From a virus (lineage: Duplodnaviria > Caudoviricetes), in the IMG/VR virus record IMGVR_UViG_3300043466_000797, positions 1 through 58,213 of that record: 58,213 bases of DNA, one strand, 5' to 3'. The position numbers were made by a program, and so were the translations under genes. The notes under the pieces are model-generated. The model saw nothing but the letters and a program-made list of their open reading frames with translations, was not told the DNA's origin and made no database searches. Of the stretch, positions 9,771 through 21,011 are shown one piece after another (positions within the stretch are counted from its first letter, which is position 1; each line of letters opens with the position of its first letter).

Positions 9771-12700
9771 TGCTTGGAGACAGCACAGTAAAAAATTATA
9801 TTAAGAATAATTACGCTCTTGATGTTAAGCCAAGAGTTTTCTTAGAATTTAATGGAAATGATATAGGCTCTCCATATTTTTATGGTACTGGAACAAATCC
9901 AAGTAGCACATATGCTTCTTTAAACTTATCGCTATCTGCCTCAAATGGGGGAACAGTATCTACTGTAGACGCACGCGGGATAGCAACAGGTCTTTCTAAT
10001 GACGTAAAAAAGGCTCAACTTATCTATGGCAGTAACCCACTAGGACAGGTAGAAAAGTCTTTTACTTTTACAACATTAGGCCCAGTAGGGGTAAGGTCTA
10101 TTAAATTTAATATGTTTTTGAAGTCTGACTATGCTTATCAAATATCTAATAATAATTCTACAGCACTAGAGTCATTCAATGTAATTTTAAAGGCGTATGG
10201 ATTAGACTCATCTAATAAGGTAGTTACATCAGAAATAGTAACAAAATCATTAACTGTAGATTCAGTAGATTGGCTTCCAGTTACACTTTCATTTGCTAAT
10301 CCAGATGATGCTGAAGATATTAATAGAGTTAAATTAGAGATTTCTATACATCCTACAAAAGAATACAGCGTGGGATTGCTGGTAGGTCAATTAATTTATT
10401 CAGAAGTATCTCCATACGAAGTGTTTGTTGAAAATAGACTGCCAGTAAAAGAAGTATTTGAAACTAATAGACCTGGAGAATTCTTAATTGATATGCCTTT
10501 AGCAGAAAGGCCAACAGTAAATATTGCTAATGTTGCATTAAATCAACAATGTAGTCCATTACAGATGTGTATGAGTTATGCCATTGGGCCGAAGTATGAA
10601 AACATGCAAAGATCTGTAGCCCCGTTTGAGGGAAATCCATACAGTTACTATGTTTCTGGTTCCACCAGCATACCGTCATCTTCTCAAAGAATGTGGTGCC
10701 TATACCAAAATAAATTTAAAACTAATAAGATAGTTTTAAAAATTAATTCTATTGCATTTACCACAACCAACTTTGCAGTTAAAATATTAACTTCATCGGG
10801 ATGGAGTTCAACATTAATTAGTAGCCAACAGTTTGATAATAACGGAATTTTAACTTTATATTATAATGGCACAGCCTGGACTACAACGAAGTGGTCCAAC
10901 CATCTTTACCCAAGAATAAGAAAAACAGATGGTCAAATATACGTTCAAAATGGTGCATCCGATCTTGCTGGCACAGTTGAAATTCATGGCATATATTTTG
11001 AATGCAATAATATTCAAGTCGTCAATGCAGATTTACAAGGTGTCGGAGCATCTACATTAAGACTAGAAATGATAGAAATTTCACCTAGGCTAGAAATAGA
11101 TGTAACCGATTACTTAGAATCTTTTAACATTATTAAAGAATTAGATTCTAGTGATAGTGTGCTACCAATTGGGAATATATCATCAAATAGTGCTAAGATT
11201 TCCCTGTCTAATATTCCTATCACTAGGACAGAGCCAGACGTTCTTACTGGAGATACAGATCCAGACATTCCACCAATTAGTAATTTTTCTTCACTATCTC
11301 CAATTAAAGGTATGCTTAAAAAGGGAGCAAAGGTTCGGGGAGGATTTGATGTTGACACATCAACATCTGGAACAGGAGTTTCATCATCTAAAGTATATAT
11401 CCCAGCATTTACTATGTATGTAGATGAATGGTCAGACAACGACTCTGCAATAGAAATCTCCGCGTTTGACATTATTAAAAACCTTCAAACTACCCTCTGC
11501 CGTCCAGTATATATGAGAAGCGTGAAGATCCCAGAGGCAATCAGAGCGGTCCTTGATCCAATAGGATTTGGAGACTATTATTATGAAGATCTATCTAACA
11601 TTAGAGTGCTATCATCTAATACTGATTCACAACTAGGGTTTTCTGATAATGAAAAGATATCACATTTTTGGACCTCTAAGGATAGTTCAGTATCAGAAGT
11701 TCTTCAAGATTTAGCAAGGGTCTATCAAATAGCAATGTATGCTGATGAGTATGGCGCTGTAAGGTTTAAGTCACTATATCAATATAGTTCAGACTATAAA
11801 AAATTAACTAGTAGCCCAGCAACAAAATCTGTAGATCTATATGTTCAGGATAAAACAGATGCAAATTCATTAAGCAATCTAGAGTCAGTTGACTTTGTTG
11901 AAAATGAAAAGCCACAATCAATTTCTATTAAATATAAAATCCCACAGGTTGGATTAGAAGAACCAGGAGCCAATACTAAAGAAGGAAAGAATCCAAGTTT
12001 ATTATCAACTAAAAAGGAATCAACTAAAATAGTATGGACATTGCAGGAAGATAATATATCTCTACCATATATTGCAATAACTGGCAATGGAATTTTAGGT
12101 GTTGCACAGAACTATATACCATATAGCCCACTACAATCTACAGTAATTTTTAGAGATATCCCGTATTCATCATTATTACTAATTGATACTGAAATTGTTT
12201 CATATAATGGGAAAGAATATGAATTTACTTATAAAACATCTCCTAGCGGAAGCACTATAAGTCGTAAATTATGCATAATCAAGCAAGAAGATATTGATAT
12301 GGTAGTTAGAAATCTCATGGCTAATGAAAGTGCTAGATATATCTCATATGGTGAAACTGGAAAATTAATGAATGTCCAGCGAGGACTGTATGGTACTACG
12401 CCAACTACTCATACTAAGACTTCTATATCTGGTGGAACTAGATGGAGGGCAAGACAGTTTACTAAGTCTAGCGGAGGATATAAAAATTCTACAGCGGTAT
12501 CTTTAAACTCTAAAAATTTCTCAAATACAGAATTCGGAATACAGGTATCATGCGCTGATAATGATAAAATCATATATGTAAGTCCTAATAATACTAACGA
12601 CAACAGCGACATTGTTGGAAACAAAAAACGACTTTCTGCATCATTTAATATTTCAGATATTCCAAATACAAAAGAGGGCTACCTAGGAGTGGCACTTGGA

Positions 12701-13489
12701 GTAACAATAGATGGTGGGGACGACATAGACTCTGGACTCATAGTTTGGTTTGGCAAGCAGGCAAATAAAAATAAAAAAGAGCCAGTAGTCTTTATTGAGC
12801 AGATAGTCAACGGAAATAGAAAAACTCTAGTTGCTAAAGATGAATTTGAATATAGCGAAAGGCTGTTTGAAGAGGGAGAAAACCTAGAAGTCTTTATATC
12901 TATAAATGATCAAAGAGATGAGTGCATGGTGCTTATTGGTGGCACATCAGCCTTTGCTAGAAAGATTACTGTTAAACCAAATAAGAATGAAGAGAAAAGC
13001 AAGGATGATAAAGATAAAAAAGAGTATAAGAATATGCCAGTTAAATTAGTTAAGCCGCTTCCAAAGTCTGGGTCATTTGGAATAGTCGCTAGCAACTTTG
13101 GATCTGGAATACTAGGACAATTCTTGTTTGGAGCATCAAAGAGGCCGGATGATATGAATGATTTAAATATTTATAATCTAAAGGATGATTATGCCATGTA
13201 TAATGGTAAAACAGCATCTTCAACATACTTCATTGGTGAAAATAATCTGCTAGAAAATATCGTTAGTAAGCAACTTATTCCAGGATTTAATGATTCAGCA
13301 TCAGATAACTTTACTTATACTGCAACACCAGTCGCCAGAGGCATGAGAGTTTTTGAAGTGGACTATGATACTTTCCCAGTAACTAGCACTCCTAAAGTAG
13401 AATTTTTGGGATACACATACAAAATAGATTCTTGGCAGGCTGCTCCATTATTTACAAATAAATACTCAAATTCAGAGGATGATAATTAA
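9770..13489 (+). CDS. large minor tail/baseplate hub protein
   Basis: 1239 aa, beta-rich, tail-tip position. Confidence 0.7.
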   Translation: MLGDSTVKNYIKNNYALDVKPRVFLEFNGNDIGSPYFYGTGTNPSSTYASLNLSLSASNGGTVSTVDARGIATGLSNDVKKAQLIYGSNPLGQVEKSFTFTTLGPVGVRSIKFNMFLKSDYAYQISNNNSTALESFNVILKAYGLDSSNKVVTSEIVTKSLTVDSVDWLPVTLSFANPDDAEDINRVKLEISIHPTKEYSVGLLVGQLIYSEVSPYEVFVENRLPVKEVFETNRPGEFLIDMPLAERPTVNIANVALNQQCSPLQMCMSYAIGPKYENMQRSVAPFEGNPYSYYVSGSTSIPSSSQRMWCLYQNKFKTNKIVLKINSIAFTTTNFAVKILTSSGWSSTLISSQQFDNNGILTLYYNGTAWTTTKWSNHLYPRIRKTDGQIYVQNGASDLAGTVEIHGIYFECNNIQVVNADLQGVGASTLRLEMIEISPRLEIDVTDYLESFNIIKELDSSDSVLPIGNISSNSAKISLSNIPITRTEPDVLTGDTDPDIPPISNFSSLSPIKGMLKKGAKVRGGFDVDTSTSGTGVSSSKVYIPAFTMYVDEWSDNDSAIEISAFDIIKNLQTTLCRPVYMRSVKIPEAIRAVLDPIGFGDYYYEDLSNIRVLSSNTDSQLGFSDNEKISHFWTSKDSSVSEVLQDLARVYQIAMYADEYGAVRFKSLYQYSSDYKKLTSSPATKSVDLYVQDKTDANSLSNLESVDFVENEKPQSISIKYKIPQVGLEEPGANTKEGKNPSLLSTKKESTKIVWTLQEDNISLPYIAITGNGILGVAQNYIPYSPLQSTVIFRDIPYSSLLLIDTEIVSYNGKEYEFTYKTSPSGSTISRKLCIIKQEDIDMVVRNLMANESARYISYGETGKLMNVQRGLYGTTPTTHTKTSISGGTRWRARQFTKSSGGYKNSTAVSLNSKNFSNTEFGIQVSCADNDKIIYVSPNNTNDNSDIVGNKKRLSASFNISDIPNTKEGYLGVALGVTIDGGDDIDSGLIVWFGKQANKNKKEPVVFIEQIVNGNRKTLVAKDEFEYSERLFEEGENLEVFISINDQRDECMVLIGGTSAFARKITVKPNKNEEKSKDDKDKKEYKNMPVKLVKPLPKSGSFGIVASNFGSGILGQFLFGASKRPDDMNDLNIYNLKDDYAMYNGKTASSTYFIGENNLLENIVSKQLIPGFNDSASDNFTYTATPVARGMRVFEVDYDTFPVTSTPKVEFLGYTYKIDSWQAAPLFTNKYSNSEDDN

Positions 13490-14499
13490 TGGCTACAGAT
13501 GCTGAAAGAATTGCAATAGTTGTATCGTATGCACTAGCGCAACTTGGAAAGCCTTATAGTTATACAGCCAGCCCTCCAAATTCATGGGATTGTTCTAAGT
13601 TAACAGCAGCAGCATATGCCCAAATAGGAATAAAACTTACTCCATATACCTATGTTCAAGAAAAAGAAATGGTTCCTATTCCTGGTGTGACACCAGGATC
13701 TACTGCTAATTTACAGCAAGGAGATCTATTATTTTTCTTTAAAAATAATACACATCATGTTTCTATGTATATCGGAAATGATGAAATTGTTGAAGCATCC
13801 TCACCAGCAACAGGAGTTAGAACCGCCGAGACATGGTATCAATGGAATGTAACTAATTTCAGTTTTGCCCGTAGAGCAAAGGGTATCGGATCTATTTCAG
13901 ATCCTGCACCAGATCCAGGAAATGGTGGAGGTGGCAATGATGGTGGCAATGATAGCAACCAAAGAGTAGTTAAAACTACAAGACAGGTTGGTCGCGGTGC
14001 TGTAGCATTATCTGGAGTATACGGAACTCCACAAACGGCAAGATTCGCTGCCCTAAATACTACTAATGAAACAGTATATTTAAATATATCTGATGGTGGA
14101 GATACAATAAGTGGTGCTGAAAACGGACTGCTTCAGGTAGTTGCTAATACTGTTTCTGCTGGAGATTCATATGAAATCGTAAGGAATATCTCTGGCGGTA
14201 AGAATAGTTATGAGATTTCTATAGATACTGAAATGATTCAAAGTCAATCTCAGGCAGAAGCAGTTGCATCAATGATTTCTAGATCATTCTCATATAGGTA
14301 TAAAGCAATAAATGTAAAGATCTTTGGTAACCCGCTAATACAAATAGGAGATATTGTTAAATTTAATTTTTATTCTGGAAAGGTCACGAGTTCTTCAGAT
14401 GAATATTATATAGTTACTAAAGTCTCTCATGATTTTAACCAGGGACTTGATACTACTCTGACAATAAAACCATTGATACAAACGGTTGCGGTGGTATAA
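13489..14499 (+). CDS. NlpC/P60 peptidoglycan hydrolase fused to tail-hub C-terminal domain
   Basis: QLGKPY, DCS catalytic Cys, HVSMYIG; G/P/D linker; C-terminal GNPLIQIGDIV tail-hub motif. Confidence 0.8.
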   Translation: MATDAERIAIVVSYALAQLGKPYSYTASPPNSWDCSKLTAAAYAQIGIKLTPYTYVQEKEMVPIPGVTPGSTANLQQGDLLFFFKNNTHHVSMYIGNDEIVEASSPATGVRTAETWYQWNVTNFSFARRAKGIGSISDPAPDPGNGGGGNDGGNDSNQRVVKTTRQVGRGAVALSGVYGTPQTARFAALNTTNETVYLNISDGGDTISGAENGLLQVVANTVSAGDSYEIVRNISGGKNSYEISIDTEMIQSQSQAEAVASMISRSFSYRYKAINVKIFGNPLIQIGDIVKFNFYSGKVTSSSDEYYIVTKVSHDFNQGLDTTLTIKPLIQTVAVV

Positions 14500-14519
14500 T
14501 ATAATGGGAGTTGGTCTAA

Positions 14520-14909
14520 TTGGGAAAGCCAGATAATCAAAAAATTGATATAGAAGCCTTAAAAAGAGAACTTCGTCAATACTTTAATTTAAGAATAAAG
14601 AGTGAAATTGATGAAGCATTAGATGAGGCCTTATTTCAAGGTTCCGACGATTCCCCATATGAAGATCCTACTGGAGATACAGAAGATGGTGGTACTGGAG
14701 ATGATCCAAGCAAGCCAGAGCCGTCCCCAACTATTGTTGTAAAATTTAGAAATAACAACAATATATTCACTCTTCCAACAGAAATAAACTCGTTTGGTAA
14801 CGTACTTATTTCAGGAGATGGAACTGCAGCAGTAAATGTAGTTGGCAGAATCTTTGATGAAACTACTGGCATAGAAAGTTATAAAGTGAGGATTAAGAGA
14901 ATTGGTTAA
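14520..14909 (+). CDS. hypothetical tail-region protein
   Basis: 129-aa ORF; TGGTATAAT at 14492-14500 and GGGAG RBS. Confidence 0.55.
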   Translation: MGKPDNQKIDIEALKRELRQYFNLRIKSEIDEALDEALFQGSDDSPYEDPTGDTEDGGTGDDPSKPEPSPTIVVKFRNNNNIFTLPTEINSFGNVLISGDGTAAVNVVGRIFDETTGIESYKVRIKRIG

Positions 14910-15837
14910 GGGTAAGTATATATTAAGAGTAGACAATAATGTTATTGCTGAATGCGATAATGTTATTACGGAAGATGGCCTTTCAATAATTAGAAACTAC
15001 CTTGCTGGATCTGCTAGATCATGGGCAGGCTCAATTGCTGTTGGCGCATTAAATTTAAATAATCCAACAACTACAGACTCCGCATTAGAATTCGAAATAT
15101 CAAGGGTTCCAGTTTTAATTTCTAGCGTTGACGATTCAGAGATAGTACTAAATTCAACTTTAGGGCAGGATCTGGAGGGAAGGATTTTTGAACTAGGACT
15201 TTACCCAGAGGTAGTAAATACTACATCGCTGGGCTTTGATGATAAAATAATTGCAACTTTTTCTGAGGTATGGACTGACTCTTCTGGGGTAGAACTAACA
15301 TCTGGTAATTTTTCTGGAACAGAAGCATCTGTTGATGGACGATCTGGATATAGAAACCTTATCATAGGAAATTCTGGAATTACTGCAATTCTAGAATCTG
15401 GAATTGATATCTCTGGCTACACACAACTTGATAGCATAACTATTCTTTATAATACATATTCAACAGGAAGTAACAAAACTGTCAGAATAACATTTTCAGA
15501 TGATCAACTTCCAACAGCAGGAACAAAGTATTATGACTTTACTCTAAGTGGATCTGCAACTGGATATAAAACTGTAACGACATTATTGGGTAATTTTATT
15601 ACTACTGGAGACTTTAATAATAATGTATCTAAAATTACAGTTTCTTCATCTGCAGCATCAGGAGCGATAGTTCATTTAGATGCAATTAAATTTAATGATA
15701 CTGATGAAACCAACCTAGACTTTGCCCTAGTTAGCCGTGCTTTAGTAGGATCTGCAGGAGGTAACACTTCTAATGATTATATTGTTAAGCCATCTGGCGT
15801 AGAAATGGATATAGAATATAGGTTGGAGATTAGTTAA
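14902..15837 (+). CDS. minor tail protein (collar/fibre-attachment-like)
   Basis: NVIT..G...IAVG...TD.ALEFEI.R pattern of tail-collar proteins. Confidence 0.65.
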   Translation: MVKGKYILRVDNNVIAECDNVITEDGLSIIRNYLAGSARSWAGSIAVGALNLNNPTTTDSALEFEISRVPVLISSVDDSEIVLNSTLGQDLEGRIFELGLYPEVVNTTSLGFDDKIIATFSEVWTDSSGVELTSGNFSGTEASVDGRSGYRNLIIGNSGITAILESGIDISGYTQLDSITILYNTYSTGSNKTVRITFSDDQLPTAGTKYYDFTLSGSATGYKTVTTLLGNFITTGDFNNNVSKITVSSSAASGAIVHLDAIKFNDTDETNLDFALVSRALVGSAGGNTSNDYIVKPSGVEMDIEYRLEIS

Positions 15838-15838
15838 T

Positions 15839-18550
15839 ATGGCTATAGAGCAGAATGGTAAAACTTTTACGCTTAAGGGACTAGCGCCTAATGCTACATA
15901 TATTGTAGAGGTTCTTGCAGTTCCTAAAGATGGAAAGCCTTCTGCATGGTCAAAGCCAATTAAATTCAATACTAATGGGAAAGATGTAGCCCCGCCAGCA
16001 ATTACTAATCTAGTAGCAGCCTTCGATGGAAATGGATTTAATGCTACCTGGGATGGAAGTGCGGCAAAAGCAGAGAAAGACTTTTCAGCATTTTCTGTAA
16101 CAATTACTTCTAGTGATTTCCCATTAATTACTAAAACATATGGGACAACATCAGAATCATTTAGTCTCTCCTATGATGACAATCTCTACCTATTTGGTAA
16201 TACTGCTACATCAATAACTATTTCTGTAAGATCATTAGATAGAAGTGGAAATTTAAGTGATGCTGTTTCGGCAACTGCAGAAAATGCTGCTCCTGCAGCC
16301 CCAGCAAATGTTTCAGTAATAGCAGAACCATTAGGATACTCTGTATCATGGGACAAACCATCAGAATCTGATTATGCCTTTAGCAACATATATGAAGCAT
16401 CAACAGTTAGTGGAACTTATACAGTTGTTGCAAGTTCATCATCAATTCCATCTTCTGTTAAAACTACTACCTTTACAGAAAGATTTGTTAAAGTATCCCA
16501 TGTTGACTGGTTTGGTAATGAATCTGATTTAGCACCAGAAGTTGGAATATCTGTAACACCTATTCAGCCAGTATCAGTTGATACCACCCCGCCAGATCAA
16601 AGAACTAGCATTTCATATACCCCAGGTGTAGGGTCTATGATAGTTTCATGGTCTAATCCATCATCAACAGTAAACCAAGATTTGGCTGGCATTACTGTAA
16701 GGTATGCTAAAACAGCATCACCCACCAACTATACTTGGGTAGATATTCCATTTACATATACCTCTCCACTAACTACTGCAACCGTAAATGGGTTATTACC
16801 ATTAACATCATATGATTTTTCAATAAGTACTTTCGATAAAACTCAAAATAGAACCTCATATTCTACTGCATCTACACAAGTAACTTTAGGAGATACTACT
16901 CCACCGCCAAGGCCCAAAGCGCCTACAGTAACTGCTGGGTCATCTGCTGGCGGCCCAATGCTTGTTATTATTTCTCAAGAATCAATAGAGTATGGAACAT
17001 CTACTGCGCTTCCGCTTGACATAGCAGACGTTAAAGTATTTATGCTAGATTCTGGCTATAATACAGCGCCAGGAACAGGAATTTCTACTAATACAAATGC
17101 TTCTGAAATTGGAATGTTTTCTGCTGGATATAATGGCGGCACTAACCAAGAAAAGTTTTATGTACCATTAGAGCAAAATGAACAAAGATATTTTTATACC
17201 CGTATAACTGATACGAGTGGTAATATTTCAGATGCCTCTCCAGCAGTACAATCATCTGCAATGACAGTATTTGATAGTGCGTATATCTCAAGTTTAACTG
17301 CAGATAAAATCGCTACTGGTACGTTAACGGCTGGAAGATATATTGATGTTGGACCATCTTCTTCAACTAGAATAAGAATAGAAAATGTTTCAGGTGGGGT
17401 AGGTAAAATTTTCTCAGGAACTGGGACGTATAATAATTCAGATACAGGATTTTATTTTGACAGCGATGGTAAATTCTCACTTAAAGATAGGCTTTCATGG
17501 AACCCATCTGGTATAGATCCAATTACTGGTGCATCTACTGGACTTTTAACTATTAAAGGATCTATAGAAGCACAAGCAGGATCATTTACTGGAAACATAA
17601 AAGTAGCAAGCCCTGGCTCTATATTTGTAGGCAATAGTGCATCATCTGGCGCTAGAGTTGTTATGAATTCAACTGGCATAGCATTTTTTGATAGCACATC
17701 AACAAATGATAATACTGGGGTTAAATTATTATTTAATACTGCTACGGGAGCATTAACAATAAATGGTTATATAGCAGTAGGTGGTGCAGAGGGGGATATC
17801 ACAACGATATCTGGAAATAAAGTCAGGACTGGCAATATAGAATCTAGCGCACCCACAGAATTTGTGTGGGGAAATAATATTAATAATCCAGATGGGAAAA
17901 ATATATTTGCTACACAAGGAATGAGAATTTCCCTAAGTGATGGTCAGATAATTAGCAAAAACTTCAGAATAAATTCTAGTGGCAGTACATTTTTAACTGG
18001 TCAAGTAACTAGTACTGGATTAATAGTTCAAGGAGGAACTGCAGAATATTCATATAGTAGATATGTTAATGGATCTCAGCAATCAATAATCGCACCACAG
18101 ACATATTATTCTTTGTTATCAAATGATGGAAAAGACTTATTTTTCATCAGTTCTGGTGGAGATCCAGCAAAATTAAGATGGATAGATTCAAGCAATAGGC
18201 AAAGAGGTACGGTAGGATGGGAAGTAAGTGCGGAGCAGGGCGGCGATGCAACTTACTCTAACACTATGGTACTTAGAGCAAATGCCATAGATAATGCTCC
18301 AAGTGCAGATACCCCTGGCAATGTATTAATTCATGCTCAGGGAGTAGGAGGAATTATTGATTTAAGAACTGGTACTAATGGTGTGGTAAGAATTAATGGT
18401 GATCAAATTGAAACTCCAACAACTATAAAAAACAGATATACTAATGGAATGGGCGCTCAGTCACAATCCAATAAAATTACATACGGAACAGGAACTGCTC
18501 CAACAACTAATCCAAATCCACAACCAGGCGACGTTCACTTGAGATATTAA
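15839..18550 (+). CDS. fibronectin type III repeat tail tip/host-specificity protein
   Basis: Repeated DTTPP..P...W...Y Fn3 units; ISSLTADKIATGTL motif seen in J-like tail tips. Confidence 0.75.
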   Translation: MAIEQNGKTFTLKGLAPNATYIVEVLAVPKDGKPSAWSKPIKFNTNGKDVAPPAITNLVAAFDGNGFNATWDGSAAKAEKDFSAFSVTITSSDFPLITKTYGTTSESFSLSYDDNLYLFGNTATSITISVRSLDRSGNLSDAVSATAENAAPAAPANVSVIAEPLGYSVSWDKPSESDYAFSNIYEASTVSGTYTVVASSSSIPSSVKTTTFTERFVKVSHVDWFGNESDLAPEVGISVTPIQPVSVDTTPPDQRTSISYTPGVGSMIVSWSNPSSTVNQDLAGITVRYAKTASPTNYTWVDIPFTYTSPLTTATVNGLLPLTSYDFSISTFDKTQNRTSYSTASTQVTLGDTTPPPRPKAPTVTAGSSAGGPMLVIISQESIEYGTSTALPLDIADVKVFMLDSGYNTAPGTGISTNTNASEIGMFSAGYNGGTNQEKFYVPLEQNEQRYFYTRITDTSGNISDASPAVQSSAMTVFDSAYISSLTADKIATGTLTAGRYIDVGPSSSTRIRIENVSGGVGKIFSGTGTYNNSDTGFYFDSDGKFSLKDRLSWNPSGIDPITGASTGLLTIKGSIEAQAGSFTGNIKVASPGSIFVGNSASSGARVVMNSTGIAFFDSTSTNDNTGVKLLFNTATGALTINGYIAVGGAEGDITTISGNKVRTGNIESSAPTEFVWGNNINNPDGKNIFATQGMRISLSDGQIISKNFRINSSGSTFLTGQVTSTGLIVQGGTAEYSYSRYVNGSQQSIIAPQTYYSLLSNDGKDLFFISSGGDPAKLRWIDSSNRQRGTVGWEVSAEQGGDATYSNTMVLRANAIDNAPSADTPGNVLIHAQGVGGIIDLRTGTNGVVRINGDQIETPTTIKNRYTNGMGAQSQSNKITYGTGTAPTTNPNPQPGDVHLRY

Positions 18551-18576
18551 CTAACATTTAGTAGAATGATAAAACT

Positions 18577-20787
18577 ATGCCACTAAGACTTTATGACAAT
18601 AATGACTGGAGAAGCCCTACATCTATTAGGATATATGATAATAGTGATTGGCAGACTGCAAAAGTAGGATATGTATATGATTTGGGAGTATGGAAAGTAG
18701 TCTTTCCAGACCCTATAATTCCATTAGTAAATGTTATAGATAATGGAAGTTGGGCGGAAGTAAATACTGTAGATAGATTTTATGTTCAGATGATTCTAAA
18801 TACTTCAGAACTAGAAAGCATGGTTGGTGAATTATATTCTGGAAGTACTGCCACCGGAACTCCTATACAAACTCAAAATTTTGATTATTCATTTATATTT
18901 GAGGGGTATGAGTACTATATTAGATTTTATGTTCCATCTCCAGGAACATACACAATAAAGGCTACTGCAACATCTATTACTGAAAATTCTGTTTCAGTAG
19001 TCAGCAATCCAATTAGTCCAATTGCTTTATCAGTTAATATTACTTCTGCAAACATTACGACAACATCATATTCAGTAACATGGGATGCTGTAGGTCAGGA
19101 AGAATATACCATTTATGCCAATCCTGTTAACCCAGGTCCGTCAGGCAACACCTTTGAGCAAGGAGTTTCTGCAACAAAGAGGGCGGCAAGCGGTGGAATT
19201 TCCCCACCATTAGCAGGATCGACCCCGTATAGAGTAACTGTTGGAATTCGAAGATCGGGACAGTTCTTATATACTACATCAGAAGTTATAAGAACAACTC
19301 CTGCAGGATATAATCCACAAATTACAAACTTTTCTGCAACATCTACTTGTAATTCAATTACAGCAACATGGACAAATAATGCTGATATTGATAATGGAGT
19401 TATAAGTATTTCAGAGGCAGTAGAGTTTCAACAGGGAATGCCTATTTTTGGGAACACACAAAACTTTAATTTTGTATCTCCTCAAAACTCTAAATCATTT
19501 ATAAGTCTTACTCCTTATGGGTATTTAAATAGTCCAACTGCTGGTATTTATAGGATAGAAATATTTGGAAGAAGCCTAGATAATACTGAAACTCCAGTTC
19601 AAACTATTGATATCAACACTCTTCCAGCATCAATTACTAATGTTCCAAGTTTTAGTGCAACATCATCAACTTACGGGGAGAGTGCTACACTTAACTGGAC
19701 CCATGCTACTGCAAACTGTACAACAAGAACTGGATATACTATACAGTATAAATTAGCAAGTTCTTCAACATGGTCATTAGTAAGTAATCAAATAATGGCA
19801 AATGTTACATCACTTAATATATCCTCGCAGGGAATAGTGCTAACTGCAAATACCGCCTATAACTTTAGAATATTTGCTAGAAGTGATGCTGGTAATAGTC
19901 CAGACTACACCTATGCTGATTTAACTACTAATAATACACCATATTCTATCACTTTATTTAGCGAACCTACTGAAACTACATTTAGTTCAATATCAATGAC
20001 TGCATATTTAGTAAATATTAGTGGTAGTTCAGTACCACTCTCTGGAGTAACAATTAATTTTTCTGCTCAAGAAACGGGAAGAGGGTCGTTTTCCGCCACC
20101 TCAGTAAGTACTAATTCTTTAGGGCAGGCATCCACTACATTCAATACTAATGCAACAAATGGTCCTATAAACTTTACAGCATCTTCTAGCGGCCTAGTAA
20201 GTGGAACAGATTTTACTCTAGTATCTCTATCCAACCCACTTATTCCATCATTATCAGTACTTAATAGGAATGCATTTGGTGTAGACATATCACACTCTAA
20301 TTATAATTCATCATGGTCTTATACTTCATCTGTATCTGGAACTGGCTTTATCTGGCCAGGACAAACAGTTGCATCCACTCAATTTTTACTATATATACAA
20401 ACACAGAATAATTCAGCCCCATCAGCGTCACAGGATGCAAATAATGTGTATTGTACTTCTGGCTCATGGACCTTTGCCCCATCAGTTTCAGTAACAGTTA
20501 ATTCATCTAGAACAGGATATACTAATGGATCAGCCAGCATATCCTCTTCCCCAATTGGGGGATTTAGTCAAAATTATACCTATACATGGTATTATTATGA
20601 TGGTAGTGCGTGGCAATTATGGGGTGCTGGAGATCCAGCGAATAACGGAAGAAGAGGAAAAGGAACCTTTTATGCCTCAAACATTAAAGGAAAGGCTATT
20701 CTGTGTACAGTAGAAGCGACTAGAAATTATTCTGGTACACTTTATGGAGCGAATAGTGCAAATAGTAATAAAATAACAGGGAGTTAA
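18577..20787 (+). CDS. Fn3/Ig-like tail fibre or adhesin
   Basis: S/T/N-rich; Fn3 (LTANTAYNFRIFA) and Big-1-like (VSTNSLGQAS) segments. Confidence 0.65.
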   Translation: MPLRLYDNNDWRSPTSIRIYDNSDWQTAKVGYVYDLGVWKVVFPDPIIPLVNVIDNGSWAEVNTVDRFYVQMILNTSELESMVGELYSGSTATGTPIQTQNFDYSFIFEGYEYYIRFYVPSPGTYTIKATATSITENSVSVVSNPISPIALSVNITSANITTTSYSVTWDAVGQEEYTIYANPVNPGPSGNTFEQGVSATKRAASGGISPPLAGSTPYRVTVGIRRSGQFLYTTSEVIRTTPAGYNPQITNFSATSTCNSITATWTNNADIDNGVISISEAVEFQQGMPIFGNTQNFNFVSPQNSKSFISLTPYGYLNSPTAGIYRIEIFGRSLDNTETPVQTIDINTLPASITNVPSFSATSSTYGESATLNWTHATANCTTRTGYTIQYKLASSSTWSLVSNQIMANVTSLNISSQGIVLTANTAYNFRIFARSDAGNSPDYTYADLTTNNTPYSITLFSEPTETTFSSISMTAYLVNISGSSVPLSGVTINFSAQETGRGSFSATSVSTNSLGQASTTFNTNATNGPINFTASSSGLVSGTDFTLVSLSNPLIPSLSVLNRNAFGVDISHSNYNSSWSYTSSVSGTGFIWPGQTVASTQFLLYIQTQNNSAPSASQDANNVYCTSGSWTFAPSVSVTVNSSRTGYTNGSASISSSPIGGFSQNYTYTWYYYDGSAWQLWGAGDPANNGRRGKGTFYASNIKGKAILCTVEATRNYSGTLYGANSANSNKITGS

Positions 20788-20789
20788 GC

Positions 20790-21011
20790 ATGAGTTTTGA
20801 ATTAAGTAATGAAGAGAAAAAACGCATATTAATTAATTTAATAAATAACTACGAGAATACAAGATTTCTTGTACAGTCTGAATTAGATGCAGAGTTGTCT
20901 ATAGATAACCCGCTTCCTAATGTAGCAGATGGATATTCTCAGCAAATACTGGATTTATCACAAAAAATAGAATACATAGAAAATAGAATAAATTTATTAA
21001 ATAATGAATAA
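20790..21011 (+). CDS. small helical protein, paralogue of 21455-21700
   Basis: Shared LS.E....I...I.N....R..V...L.AE.....P..N..D pattern. Confidence 0.6.
   Translation: MSFELSNEEKKRILINLINNYENTRFLVQSELDAELSIDNPLPNVADGYSQQILDLSQKIEYIENRINLLNNE

Noticed and set aside
15839-20787. Diversity-generating retroelement or invertible fibre locus
   Set aside because: No reverse transcriptase, invertase or template/variable repeat pair was seen in the window.
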